Source of the DNA: an uncultured Zetaproteobacteria bacterium
Lineage (GTDB): Bacteria; Pseudomonadota; Zetaproteobacteria; Mariprofundales; Mariprofundaceae
Direction: 5' to 3'
NCBI GenBank assembly: GCA_964601765.1
Contig: CAZROR010000001.1
Location: 10,694-74,693 of the forward strand
Length of the DNA stretch: 64,000 nucleotides
Shown: positions 38,984-48,004 of the stretch, piece after piece
Layout: the number at the start of each line of letters is the position of its first letter
Numbering within the stretch: position 1 is the stretch's first letter
Program-made: the position numbers and the translations under genes
Notes under the pieces: model-generated
The model's input: only the letters and a program-made list of their open reading frames with translations
Told to the model about the DNA's origin: nothing
Database searches by the model: none

Positions 38984-40219
38984 CTATTCATAGCGCAGGG
39001 CATCTGCCGGTGGGATGCCAGCAGCGCGCCACGCCGGATAGAATGTAGCCGCCATACCCATACAAAAGCTCGTGATGATCACGATGGAAACAGACACGGG
39101 ATCGATGATGGAGGGCACATGGTCGATATAATAAACGTCCCCGGACAGAATTGTTATGCCAGTCACGCGTTCCACCCAAGCCAGCATCGTATCGAGCTCC
39201 GAGGCCAGCAGCAGGCCAAAAAAAGCCCCAAGCCCGGTTCCTGCGCCAGTCAACAGAGCACCCATGCTCAGGAATACGCCCATGATTGACCCACGGGTTG
39301 CACCGACCGTTTTCAGGATGGCAATTTCCTTGCGCCGCTCCATAACGACCATCACAAGTGATGACACCATATTGAACACTGCGACAAGCACAATCAGAGA
39401 CAGAATGACACCCATGACAACGCGCTCCATGCGCAAGGCATGGAAAAAGGAACGGTGACGCTGCATCCAGTCAATCACCCAAGTGCCGGGCGGAAACATA
39501 TGGCGGGCGACTTCTGCAACGGCACGTGCCTGATCGCGGTCGGCCAGATGCAGCGCGATCCCGGAAATGCTATCACCCATGCGGCTCAGGCGCTGTACGG
39601 CAGCAAGCGGTGCCATGATGAGACCAATGTCGTATTCATAGAAGCCGGAATCAAAAATGCCAGCCAACCGGAAGGCCCGCATGCGCGGCGCGATGCCTCC
39701 GGGGCCAATGCCTGATGCAGGGGAGAGCAGACGAATGCGATCACCGACCTGCACGCCCAGTTTCCGCGCCAGGTCCTTGCCCATGACGATCTGGAAAATA
39801 TCGTCATCCGACGCATGCGGGTAGCGCCCCTGAACAATATGTGCGGCGAGTTGGTGTTCACGCGAGAAATCCACGCCTTTCAAGATAGCGCCGGCAGCCT
39901 GTGTACCGACTGCTGCAAGCACCTGTGATGCAACATAGGGGGCTGCCTGTACCACGCCAGGTAATTTGCCAGCCTGTACCAGCCAGGTGCGCCAGTCTGC
40001 AATGCGTTCTCCCGGCCCCTGGATGTCCACATGTGAGGAAAAGCCGAGGATGCGGTCCTTCAACTCCGTATCAAAGCCATACATGACGGAAAGTACGACG
40101 ATGAGTGCCGCCACACCAATGGCCACACCAATACCGGAGCTCCAGCCCACGAGTGAAACAAAACGCTCTTCGCGCCTTGAACGCAGATAACGTATGGCGA
40201 GCATAAATTCGTAGCGCAT
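38984..40219 (-). CDS. lolC: Lipoprotein-releasing system permease (LolC/LolE family, FtsX/MacB type)
   Basis: MRYEFMLAIRYLRSRREERFVSL, a large periplasmic loop, a C-terminal FtsX-type TM bundle and a terminal ADALRYE. Confidence 0.88.
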   Translation of the reverse strand: MRYEFMLAIRYLRSRREERFVSLVGWSSGIGVAIGVAALIVVLSVMYGFDTELKDRILGFSSHVDIQGPGERIADWRTWLVQAGKLPGVVQAAPYVASQVLAAVGTQAAGAILKGVDFSREHQLAAHIVQGRYPHASDDDIFQIVMGKDLARKLGVQVGDRIRLLSPASGIGPGGIAPRMRAFRLAGIFDSGFYEYDIGLIMAPLAAVQRLSRMGDSISGIALHLADRDQARAVAEVARHMFPPGTWVIDWMQRHRSFFHALRMERVVMGVILSLIVLVAVFNMVSSLVMVVMERRKEIAILKTVGATRGSIMGVFLSMGALLTGAGTGLGAFFGLLLASELDTMLAWVERVTGITILSGDVYYIDHVPSIIDPVSVSIVIITSFCMGMAATFYPAWRAAGIPPADALRYE

Positions 40220-40222
40220 GCG

Positions 40223-41581
40223 TCAGGTCAGGTAGCGCAAATACAAATAGATATGCGCTATTCCAATGCTCATCAGCATCAACAGCAGCGCATGCCGTGT
40301 AAACTGCAGAAAGCCGATGGGGTGGCCGGCACGCTGCGCAAAGCCGGCAACAATCAGGTTGGCTGAGGCGCCAATCAGCGATCCATTGCCCCCCAGGCAT
40401 GCCCCCAGGGCCAGGGCCCACCATAAGGGAACCAGGGCCTGATCCCCACCAAAAGCCGGCGCCATATTCTGAATCATCGGGATCATCGTTGCGACAAACG
40501 GGATGTTGTCGATAACGGCGGAGGCCAGAGCCGAAATCCACAGAATGGCAGCAACCGTCGCATTGAAGTCCCCACCGGTCAGCCTCAGCGTCTTTTCTGC
40601 CAGCCAGGCAATCACACCGACGTGTTCCACGCCGGTGACAACGATAAACAAACCGACAAAGAAGAAAATCGTTGTCCACTCCACCTCGCCCATGGTTGTA
40701 TGAAAGTGGTGATCCTTGGTCTCAAGGTCCTCACCCCAGGTGCGCAACAGCAGCAACAGGGCGGCGCCAAACATCGCAATGCTGGCGGGCTCCAGATGCA
40801 GGCTGTGTGACATCATGAAGCCGAAAATCACAAGCCCCAGCACAGCCAGGCTCTTTTTCAACAACGGTACATCCTTGATGGCCTCGCGCTCGTTGAAGGC
40901 CATCACCATGGCCCTGGCCTCCTCCGAGGCCCGGATACTGCGACCGAACAGCAACCAAATGGCAACAAGTGTTGCCAGCAGAACAAACGGGATAATTGGT
41001 GTCAAATTAACAAGAAAGTCCATAAAGCTCAGGTGTGCCTGTGAGCCTATCATGATATTCGGCGGGTCACCGATCAGCGTCGCCGTACCTCCAATATTGG
41101 AAGCGAGAATCTGTGAGAAAAGATAGGGATAGGGCTTCACATCCAGAGCATCGGTTATCAACAGCGTAACCGGTGCAATAAGCAGCACGGTTGTGACGTT
41201 GTCCAGAAAGGCCGAAAATACTGCCGTCACGACCGCCAGCATGACCAAAATCCACCAAGGGTGCCCGTTCACGACCTTGGCAGATTTGATAGCCACATAT
41301 TGGAACATTCCGGTTTTCTGGCTGATGGCGACAATTACCATCATACCGGTCAGCAGGCCAATCGTGTTGAAATCAATGCCAGCTACCGCTTCCTCCTGCG
41401 TGAGTACACCACACAGAATCATCAGACCAGCGCCAAGCAATGAGAGTACGGCACGGTTGAATTTCTCCATCATGATCGTGCCATAGACAACAAGTAGAAT
41501 GCAGACGGCGATCCAGGCCGGTTCCAGCCCGAAAATCGCACCATGGGCCGTCATGTCTGCAGCCACAGCATGCTCCATCAT
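40223..41581 (-). CDS. ArsB/NhaD-superfamily (SLC13-like) permease
   Basis: 452 aa with about 10-12 TM segments. Repeated GGTATLIGDPPNIMI and GGNGSLIGASANL motifs are typical of the ArsB/NhaD/CitMHS fold. The substrate is unknown. Confidence 0.78.
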   Translation of the reverse strand: MMEHAVAADMTAHGAIFGLEPAWIAVCILLVVYGTIMMEKFNRAVLSLLGAGLMILCGVLTQEEAVAGIDFNTIGLLTGMMVIVAISQKTGMFQYVAIKSAKVVNGHPWWILVMLAVVTAVFSAFLDNVTTVLLIAPVTLLITDALDVKPYPYLFSQILASNIGGTATLIGDPPNIMIGSQAHLSFMDFLVNLTPIIPFVLLATLVAIWLLFGRSIRASEEARAMVMAFNEREAIKDVPLLKKSLAVLGLVIFGFMMSHSLHLEPASIAMFGAALLLLLRTWGEDLETKDHHFHTTMGEVEWTTIFFFVGLFIVVTGVEHVGVIAWLAEKTLRLTGGDFNATVAAILWISALASAVIDNIPFVATMIPMIQNMAPAFGGDQALVPLWWALALGACLGGNGSLIGASANLIVAGFAQRAGHPIGFLQFTRHALLLMLMSIGIAHIYLYLRYLT

Positions 41582-42051
41582 ACCTTGCCGTTGCTCAGGT
41601 GAAGACGGCGAAAATGGTCGAGAATATCACCGGGAGAAATAATGCCGCAGAGGTGGTTGTCCTCGTCGACGACCAGGGCGTAAAGGTGCTGCTGCTCGTC
41701 CGCAGCCAGCGAAGCTGATACGGCCAGCAGGGATTCGTCCTCCTGCACCACCAAAGGATGCCTGTCCATGACATCGGCCACCTGCTGGCCGATGATACGG
41801 GCGTAGTGCTCGGGCAGCACAGCGATATCCGGGGCATAGGCGACATCCCCAAGGGCGCCGGAAAGGATGTAATCGGGCAACAGGCGGCGTAGAATATTGA
41901 TGGTGCTGATTGCCCCGCATAATTGCTTGTCCGCATTCACGACCGGCAGCATGCGGAGCTTGTGACTGCGCATTACGGCCAGCGCATCTTCCAGATTCTG
42001 TTCTGGTGCCGCTGTCAGCACCCTGGTTTTCATTACGTCACGAGCCAGCAT
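41578..42051 (-). CDS. CBS-pair domain protein
   Basis: 157 aa with two CBS-like repeats (ARDVMKTRVLT... and VADVMDRHPLVV...). A 4-nt overlap (ATGA) links it to the downstream permease. Confidence 0.8.
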   Translation of the reverse strand: MLARDVMKTRVLTAAPEQNLEDALAVMRSHKLRMLPVVNADKQLCGAISTINILRRLLPDYILSGALGDVAYAPDIAVLPEHYARIIGQQVADVMDRHPLVVQEDESLLAVSASLAADEQQHLYALVVDEDNHLCGIISPGDILDHFRRLHLSNGKV

Positions 42052-42149
42052 GGTTTCGCCTCCTGATGGGCATCATTCAATCATAGCCGCGCCCCCCGGT
42101 TTGGCAAAAAGGCTCAAGCTGCAGAGGCTATTCCCGGCCGACGGCGCAC

Positions 42150-43658
42150 CTATGCACCGGGTGATTCTGGTCGCATATGGGGAAACAGCAGCACATCACG
42201 AATCGAGTGCTGACCCGTAAACATCATGACAAGGCGATCCACCCCGATACCAACGCCTGCCGCAGGTGGCATGCCGAACTCGAGCGCACGCAGATAGTCC
42301 TCATCCACGGGTGGCGCCTCCAGATCACCGGCCTGTTTTGCCTTGGCCTGCTCGTTGAAGCGTGCCCGCTGATCATCGGGGTCGTTGAGTTCCGAAAAGC
42401 CATTGGCGATTTCGCGACCGGCGGCAATCAGCTCAAAGCGATCGGTTACAGACGGCTCATCGGTATTGCGCCGTGCCAGTGGCGAAACATCCACGGGGTA
42501 ATGCGTCACGAAGGTCGGATCCTGAATATAAGGCTCGACAAGATGCTCATACAAAGCCACAAGATAATGGCCGGCCTTCCATGTAATCAGCGGCTTGAAG
42601 CCCTCGATCTCCTGCAGGCAGGCTGTGGCCAGCAGACTCTTGTTATCTGCATGCCCGCGCAGATCCGGGCGCTTCTCGAATACGCTTTCATCCAGGCGCA
42701 TGCGCCTGAACGGCTTATCCAGCCGGATGGGAACACCCTCCCACACGACCTCATGGATGCCTGTCTGCTCGGCCACACCGCGAATCAGGGCCTCGGTTGC
42801 ATCCATGGCGTCATGATAGTCCGCATAGGCCTGGTAAAACTCCACCATCGTAAACTCGGGATTGTGTGTCGCATCTACACCCTCATTGCGAAAGTTGCGA
42901 TTGATTTCGAAGACGCGTTCAAAGCCCCCCACCAACAAGCGCTTCAAATACAGCTCCGGAGCGATACGCAGATACAGCTGCATATCGAGTGCATGATGAT
43001 GTGTCGTGAACGGGCGTGCTGCCGCACCGCCAGGTTGCACCTGCAGCATCGGCGTTTCCACTTCCATGAAGCCGCGCGCTTCAAGACCTTGTCGCAGGGC
43101 CGAGACAATCCGGGAGCGTATGCGGAATACCTCGCGCACTTCAGGATTGACCATCAAATCCACGTAACGTTGCCGATAACGCGTTTCCTTGTCACTTAAG
43201 CCATGCCATTTTTCTGGTAATGGCCGCAGGCACTTGGTAATTAGCTCAACTGCCGTGACACGCACCGACAGCTCACCGCTTTTCGTGCGAAACAGCACTC
43301 CCTCCGCGCCAATGATGTCGCCCATATCCCATTTTTTTGTTGGATTGTACACCGCTGCGCCAAGCACATCCCGGTTCAGGAACAACTGTATGCGCCCGCT
43401 GGCATCCTGAATGTGTACAAAGCTGGACTTCCCCATCACGCGGTGCGCCATCATCCTGCCAGCCACGCGCACGCGAACAGCTGCCTCCTCCAGGCGCCCG
43501 CCATCCCACTCAGCATACCGGGCACGAATATCTGCTGTTGAGATATCGGGTCGGAAGGAATTTGGATAAGTGAAGCCGTCGCTGCGCAGCCGCGCCAGCT
43601 TCTCGCGGCGCACCTGAACCTGTTCGCCCTCCTGCCGGGCCGGTGGCGTGTTCAACAC
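42150..43658 (-). CDS. lysS: Lysyl-tRNA synthetase (class II)
   Basis: 502 aa with an OB-fold N-terminal domain and class II motifs (FRNEG, GGVGIGVDRLVM). Confidence 0.96.
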   Translation of the reverse strand: MLNTPPARQEGEQVQVRREKLARLRSDGFTYPNSFRPDISTADIRARYAEWDGGRLEEAAVRVRVAGRMMAHRVMGKSSFVHIQDASGRIQLFLNRDVLGAAVYNPTKKWDMGDIIGAEGVLFRTKSGELSVRVTAVELITKCLRPLPEKWHGLSDKETRYRQRYVDLMVNPEVREVFRIRSRIVSALRQGLEARGFMEVETPMLQVQPGGAAARPFTTHHHALDMQLYLRIAPELYLKRLLVGGFERVFEINRNFRNEGVDATHNPEFTMVEFYQAYADYHDAMDATEALIRGVAEQTGIHEVVWEGVPIRLDKPFRRMRLDESVFEKRPDLRGHADNKSLLATACLQEIEGFKPLITWKAGHYLVALYEHLVEPYIQDPTFVTHYPVDVSPLARRNTDEPSVTDRFELIAAGREIANGFSELNDPDDQRARFNEQAKAKQAGDLEAPPVDEDYLRALEFGMPPAAGVGIGVDRLVMMFTGQHSIRDVLLFPHMRPESPGA

Positions 43659-43727
43659 CTCACCTTCTCATAGCGATATCCAGCCGTCCGCTGCAGGCGG
43701 CAGCCAGGGCCTGACGCTCCGATTGTG

Positions 43728-44153
43728 TTACCGGCTATGTAGATCAAGCGCGCCGAAGAAAAAGGCGATTTCGGTTGCGGCATTTTCGGGTGAGTCCGAG
43801 CCATGCACGGCATTGGCCTCGATGGAGTCGGCATGGTCAGCGCGAATGGTACCGGCCTCCGCTTCCTTTGGATCTGTGGCGCCCATCAGCTCGCGATTCA
43901 GGTTCACGGCATTTTTTCCTTCCAGCACCATGGCCAGAATCGGGCCTGAGCTCATGTAGATGCACAGATCCTTGTAGAAGGGTCGATCCGCATGCACAGC
44001 GTAAAACTGTCCGGCCTGTGCCGCATTCATGTGCACCATACGTGCAGCAATGATGGATAGGCCATTTTCCTCGAAACGGCGAATGATGTCGCCGATGACA
44101 TTCTTGGCCACGGCATCTGGTTTGATAATGGAAAGCGTGCGTTCAACCGCCAT
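43728..44153 (-). CDS. ndk: Nucleoside diphosphate kinase
   Basis: [15 protein letters not shown]... and NAVHGSDS. Met at 44153 gives 141 aa. The ORF-track extension to 44237 overlaps the upstream gene. Confidence 0.95.
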   Translation of the reverse strand: MAVERTLSIIKPDAVAKNVIGDIIRRFEENGLSIIAARMVHMNAAQAGQFYAVHADRPFYKDLCIYMSSGPILAMVLEGKNAVNLNRELMGATDPKEAEAGTIRADHADSIEANAVHGSDSPENAATEIAFFFGALDLHSR

Positions 44154-44211
44154 TGCTTGAACCCCTTGATAAGAAAAAACATTGCCGGTGGCAACCGGCG
44201 TGCGCGGCACT

Positions 44212-44688
44212 CTAGTGGAGGCGCACGCCAGTTCCAAGCGTCGAATTCCCCAACGGGAAACGGGGCAAGTGGCTGCGGATTTCCTCGGGCGGCAGTTGCG
44301 TCAGGTCCTTGTCAATCTCTGCCGCAAGCATGGCGGCCAGCGCCGGCGTGTACGCCTTTCTAAGCAGGCCCAGAAAGCCCGGTGCCGCCATGACGTACAG
44401 GCGCGAAAACTTTCCGTTCTTCCGCCCTGTCTCCAGATGGTCAACAATCTGCTTCGCAAAGGCGATGGCAGCCTGGCGCTTTGGCTCCACGGCCTGCTCC
44501 ATGACATGCCGTCCCATGCCGTGGCTGTCAAAGGCACGGCCGGGCAGGTCTGATGTCAACTCCCGTTCATGCAAGCGGGAATCCGCGTTGTCGAATGTCT
44601 GCAGCAACTGCAAGCCGACTCGCGGCTTGGGGAGTGAGAACAGTTGTGCTCGGCTGCTGTTCGCAACCAGTACCCAGGCAGTCGTCAT
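44212..44688 (-). CDS. Host-attachment-protein family (release-factor-like fold) protein
   Basis: [15 protein letters not shown]...[27 protein letters not shown]...FAKQIVDHL...[14 protein letters not shown]...EIDKDLT matches the pattern I recall for this family. Confidence 0.7.
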   Translation of the reverse strand: MTTAWVLVANSSRAQLFSLPKPRVGLQLLQTFDNADSRLHERELTSDLPGRAFDSHGMGRHVMEQAVEPKRQAAIAFAKQIVDHLETGRKNGKFSRLYVMAAPGFLGLLRKAYTPALAAMLAAEIDKDLTQLPPEEIRSHLPRFPLGNSTLGTGVRLH

Positions 44689-44750
44689 TACATGGCCTCC
44701 TTGTCGTCATCCAGTTATGAGGTTACCCCCTACCTGTATCTTATAGCATG

Positions 44751-45854
44751 TCAGACGGGATGCGCCCTGCGGACAATACCACCGCCAAGCAGCTCTTCCC
44801 CGGCATAAAAGGCTGCTACCTGCCCAGGTGCTGTCAGCGGCTGCGGACTTGTCAGGGCAACCCTGCCCTCTTTGTCATCAACAGATATCGAACACGGCAC
44901 CGGCCGGGACTGATAGCGCAGCTTGGCCGTTATTGCCTCGCCCTCCCTAGGTGCCCGGATCCATGTCAGCTCACCAACATCCACTGACTGAATACTTGCG
45001 TGTTCCGGATGTGCCACCACTACCTGAGCGCGGCTGCCATCAAGCCCCACGACATGCCAGGGCCCACCCGACAAACCAAGTCCCCGCCGCTGCCCGAGCG
45101 TGAACGCAGCGATACCGTCATGACGGCCAAGCACGTTGCCGTGCAGGTCGACAATATCGCCCGGCACAAGGCCGGTGCGGCTGCCCTGCCGACGCAGAAA
45201 GGCAAGGCGGTCGCCGCCCGGAATAAAGCAGATATCCTGGCTCTCATGCTTGGACGCCGTCGGCAGGCCGGCGGCCCTGGCAATCCTGCGCGTCTCATCC
45301 TTGTGCATGTGCCCCACCGGAAACAGCAGGCGGGCTACCTGGGTGCGACCTGTCGTAGCCAGAAAATAACTCTGATCCTTGGTAGCATCCGCACCACGAA
45401 ACAGGCGTACGCCATGCGCATCATCACAACGCCGCACGTAATGCCCGGTCGCCACGAATTCCGCTTCCAGCCTGTCTGCCACATCAAGCAGGGCGCCAAA
45501 CTTCACGAAGCGGTTGCAGCGTTCACACGGATTCGGTGTGAGACCGGACTCATAGCCGGCGATAAACGGATCGATTACGTCCCGTCTGAAGACCTCTCGC
45601 ATATCCATGTTATAGAAGTCGATACCGAGCGTATCGGCTACACGGCGGGCGTCATACACATCCTCGGTGGCGCAGCACGAGCCATGGCGGCTCACCTCAT
45701 CGCGCGAATAATCCCAGACGTGCAGGAAAACGCCGACCACCTCCGCACCGGCACGATGCAGCAGCGCCGCCATGACCGACGAATCCACACCGCCGCTCAT
45801 CGCCGCAATGATGCGCCGGCCCTTCAGGCTGCCCAGATCATTTGGGTTACTCAT
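44751..45854 (-). CDS. mnmA: tRNA 2-thiouridine(34) synthase MnmA
   Basis: PP-loop AAMSGGVDSSV and conserved catalytic Cys residues. Met at 45854 was confirmed. The ORF track starts at 45962. Confidence 0.93.
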   Translation of the reverse strand: MSNPNDLGSLKGRRIIAAMSGGVDSSVMAALLHRAGAEVVGVFLHVWDYSRDEVSRHGSCCATEDVYDARRVADTLGIDFYNMDMREVFRRDVIDPFIAGYESGLTPNPCERCNRFVKFGALLDVADRLEAEFVATGHYVRRCDDAHGVRLFRGADATKDQSYFLATTGRTQVARLLFPVGHMHKDETRRIARAAGLPTASKHESQDICFIPGGDRLAFLRRQGSRTGLVPGDIVDLHGNVLGRHDGIAAFTLGQRRGLGLSGGPWHVVGLDGSRAQVVVAHPEHASIQSVDVGELTWIRAPREGEAITAKLRYQSRPVPCSISVDDKEGRVALTSPQPLTAPGQVAAFYAGEELLGGGIVRRAHPV

Positions 45855-45903
45855 GCACCGGCATGATGCCCACCCCGCTTGCGAATGGAAACCGGAAACA
45901 AGT

Positions 45904-46074
45904 GGAACCTCTGAATAAGCCCTCCATGAGTCGCATTGCTGCTGCAATCGTGATGCGCGCAAGGAAGGCGACGCAGCTCAAAGCCTGAGCTACGAAGGCA
46001 GGGATCCTGACGCCGCGAGTGTGCGATTGCAGCGCAACCCTTGCGGGCCCTTGCGGGAGTTATTCAGAGGTTCC
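45904..46074. repeat. 171-bp element bounded by a perfect 15-bp inverted repeat (GGAACCTCTGAATAA / TTATTCAGAGGTTCC)
   Basis: The arms are 45904-45918 and 46060-46074. Internal features are local hairpins, a tandem CCCTTGCGGG x2 (46038-46057) and a 15-nt match (45985-45999) to the 5' end of tRNA-Arg(CCU). Confidence 0.75.
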
Positions 46075-46857
46075 TTAGATGCCCTCGACACCAAAGCAGT
46101 GGCCGGCATTTGCGGCCGTCACAGTAGCAAGATGTGCAACATCCGCGCCCCGTTCCCTGGCAATGCATGCGGCCACGTGGCGGACAAGGGCCGGCTCATT
46201 GCGCCGGCCACGGCAGGGATCCGGAGCCAGATACGGTGCATCCGTTTCAATCAGCAGCCGCTCCTCCGGCACGCGTGCGGCTACCGCACGCAGCGCGTCA
46301 CTGCGCCTGAACGTCACATTGCCGCTGAATGAAATGTACATACCCATGTCCAGCGCTGCCTTCGCTGTTTCCCAGCCTGACGAAAAGCAGTGCATGACGC
46401 CGCCGCAGCGCTCGACATGCTCTTCCGCCAGTATCCGCAAGGTATCACGGTCCGCATCGCGCATGTGTACGATGACCGGCTTGCCCACCTCTCTGGCTGC
46501 CCGCAGGTGCAGCCGGAAGCGCGCCTGCTGCACATCCGGGGGTACGTGATGACGGAAAAAGTCCAGGCCGGTTTCGCCAATGGCCACGCATCGGGGGTGC
46601 ACGGCAAGCGTGCAGAGCCGGGTAAGTGCAGGCTCCTCGTCAACCTCGTGATTCGGGTGCACACCAACACTGAAGTACACCTGCTCCCTCGCCTCCGCCA
46701 GTGTTTGCAGGCGTGGTACATGCTCCAGGTCCACGGCAACCGCGACGAGCCAGCGCCCGCCGGCTTCGGCAAAGCGCGTAAACACGGCTGCGCGATCGTC
46801 ATCAAAATGATGGAAGTCGACGTGGCAATGCGAATCGACAAGCACGGGCTCAGTCAT
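46075..46857 (-). CDS. tatD: TatD-family metal-dependent hydrolase (DNase)
   Basis: Contains VDSHCHVDF, ETGLDF and HCFSG. Met at 46857 overlaps the upstream gene by 8 nt. Confidence 0.88.
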   Translation of the reverse strand: MTEPVLVDSHCHVDFHHFDDDRAAVFTRFAEAGGRWLVAVAVDLEHVPRLQTLAEAREQVYFSVGVHPNHEVDEEPALTRLCTLAVHPRCVAIGETGLDFFRHHVPPDVQQARFRLHLRAAREVGKPVIVHMRDADRDTLRILAEEHVERCGGVMHCFSSGWETAKAALDMGMYISFSGNVTFRRSDALRAVAARVPEERLLIETDAPYLAPDPCRGRRNEPALVRHVAACIARERGADVAHLATVTAANAGHCFGVEGI

Positions 46858-47611
46858 CGGCCATGATCCGACGCAGGTGATCGAGCGTGACATGGTGCAA
46901 CCCCTCCAGTCCATGCGGGTTCTCGGCAACAAAAATCGCATCCGCATCCGGTTCACCGAAATCGGAGACCACAAGGTCGGCACCGGTGAAATCATGCATG
47001 CGCGTGTAATCGTTGACGGTTACCACGCATTTCAGGCCCGCCGCACGTGCGGCCTGCCAGCCATTGCCGGAATCCTCCAGTGCCAGACAATGATCGGGAC
47101 ATACACCAAGCTCACGCATGGCGTGGATGTAGATATCCGGCGCCGGCTTTTTTGCCGGCACGATGTCGCCGGCTGCCAGCACGGCAAAGCGGTCAAACCA
47201 TTCACTGCCCAGAGAGTGTTCGATCAGTGCATCGAGTGCTGCCGGTGTTGTTGTCGTTGCCACACCTAGCGTGATACCCGCCGCATACGCCTCGGTGAGC
47301 AGCCGCTTGACACCGGGGCGCAGTGGAATGGCGCCACTCGCGATCAGCGCCTGGTAGTGCCTGGTCTTGCTCGCATGCAGCCGGGCAATATCCTCGTCCG
47401 GCAGAGGCTGAACGCCCCGCCGCTCCGCATCGAAGCGGATGCGTTCCTTGCCGCCGGTCACGGCGAGCAGCTCGCCATAGGTCGGCACATCCCAGCGCCT
47501 GTCCATGCCAGCCTCCTCGAAAGCGAGGTTGAAGGCCACACGGTGGCCATCGCGCTCGGTATCGGCCAGTGTCCCGTCCACATCCCAGAGCAGACACTTC
47601 AATTCCGCCAC
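46850..47611 (-). CDS. HAD-superfamily phosphatase, CbbY-like
   Basis: Contains [12 protein letters not shown] (DxDGT), VATTT, EDSGNG and a CbbY-like N-terminal region. Confidence 0.82.
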   Translation of the reverse strand: MAELKCLLWDVDGTLADTERDGHRVAFNLAFEEAGMDRRWDVPTYGELLAVTGGKERIRFDAERRGVQPLPDEDIARLHASKTRHYQALIASGAIPLRPGVKRLLTEAYAAGITLGVATTTTPAALDALIEHSLGSEWFDRFAVLAAGDIVPAKKPAPDIYIHAMRELGVCPDHCLALEDSGNGWQAARAAGLKCVVTVNDYTRMHDFTGADLVVSDFGEPDADAIFVAENPHGLEGLHHVTLDHLRRIMADD

Positions 47612-47692
47612 ATGACACCTCCTTGCATTTGCTTACTCTCCCGCTCGGCTGCAAGATTCCCCCGGACCCGACAGGCTGCTAAACTCCCAACC

Positions 47693-48004
47693 ATGAGCCA
47701 TCCTGATGCGACCATGCCGCTTGTTGAAAAGCCTCGGCTGAAAAGGCCATCGCTGTACAAGGTTATACTGCTGAACGATGATTTTACCCCGATGGATTTT
47801 GTGGTTGACGTATTGTGTCGATTTTTCCAGAAATCCGTGGATGAAGCCACCGCCATCATGCTCAATGTCCACCACCAGGGCAGCGGCCTGTGCGGCATTT
47901 ATCCGCGCGGTATCGCCGAAAGCAAGGTGCATCAGGTGAACGGCTTTGCACAGGAGCACGGGCACCCCCTGAAGGCTATCATGGAAAAACACCATGCTGA
48001 GTGA
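47693..48004 (+). CDS. clpS: ATP-dependent Clp protease adaptor ClpS
   Basis: Contains [26 protein letters not shown] at 47693 was confirmed. The ORF-track start at 47357 lies antisense inside the HAD gene. Confidence 0.93.
   Translation: MSHPDATMPLVEKPRLKRPSLYKVILLNDDFTPMDFVVDVLCRFFQKSVDEATAIMLNVHHQGSGLCGIYPRGIAESKVHQVNGFAQEHGHPLKAIMEKHHAE

Noticed and set aside
42177-43199. A 340-aa plus-strand ORF lies inside lysS. Similar shadow ORFs occur at 45000-45866 (in mnmA), 16983-17825 (in nadA), 53818-54513, 61438-62118 and 63229-63963.
   Set aside because: All of these are antisense or out of frame relative to well-supported conserved genes, and none has a recognisable domain. I treat them as artefacts of codon bias.
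45985-45999. The 15-nt tRNA-Arg-identical segment might be part of an unannotated tRNA gene.
   Set aside because: Acceptor and D-arm-like sequence is present (GCCTTCGTAGCTCAGGCTTTGAGC on the minus strand). However, no anticodon stem, T-arm or 3' acceptor strand can be formed downstream, so it is not a functional tRNA.
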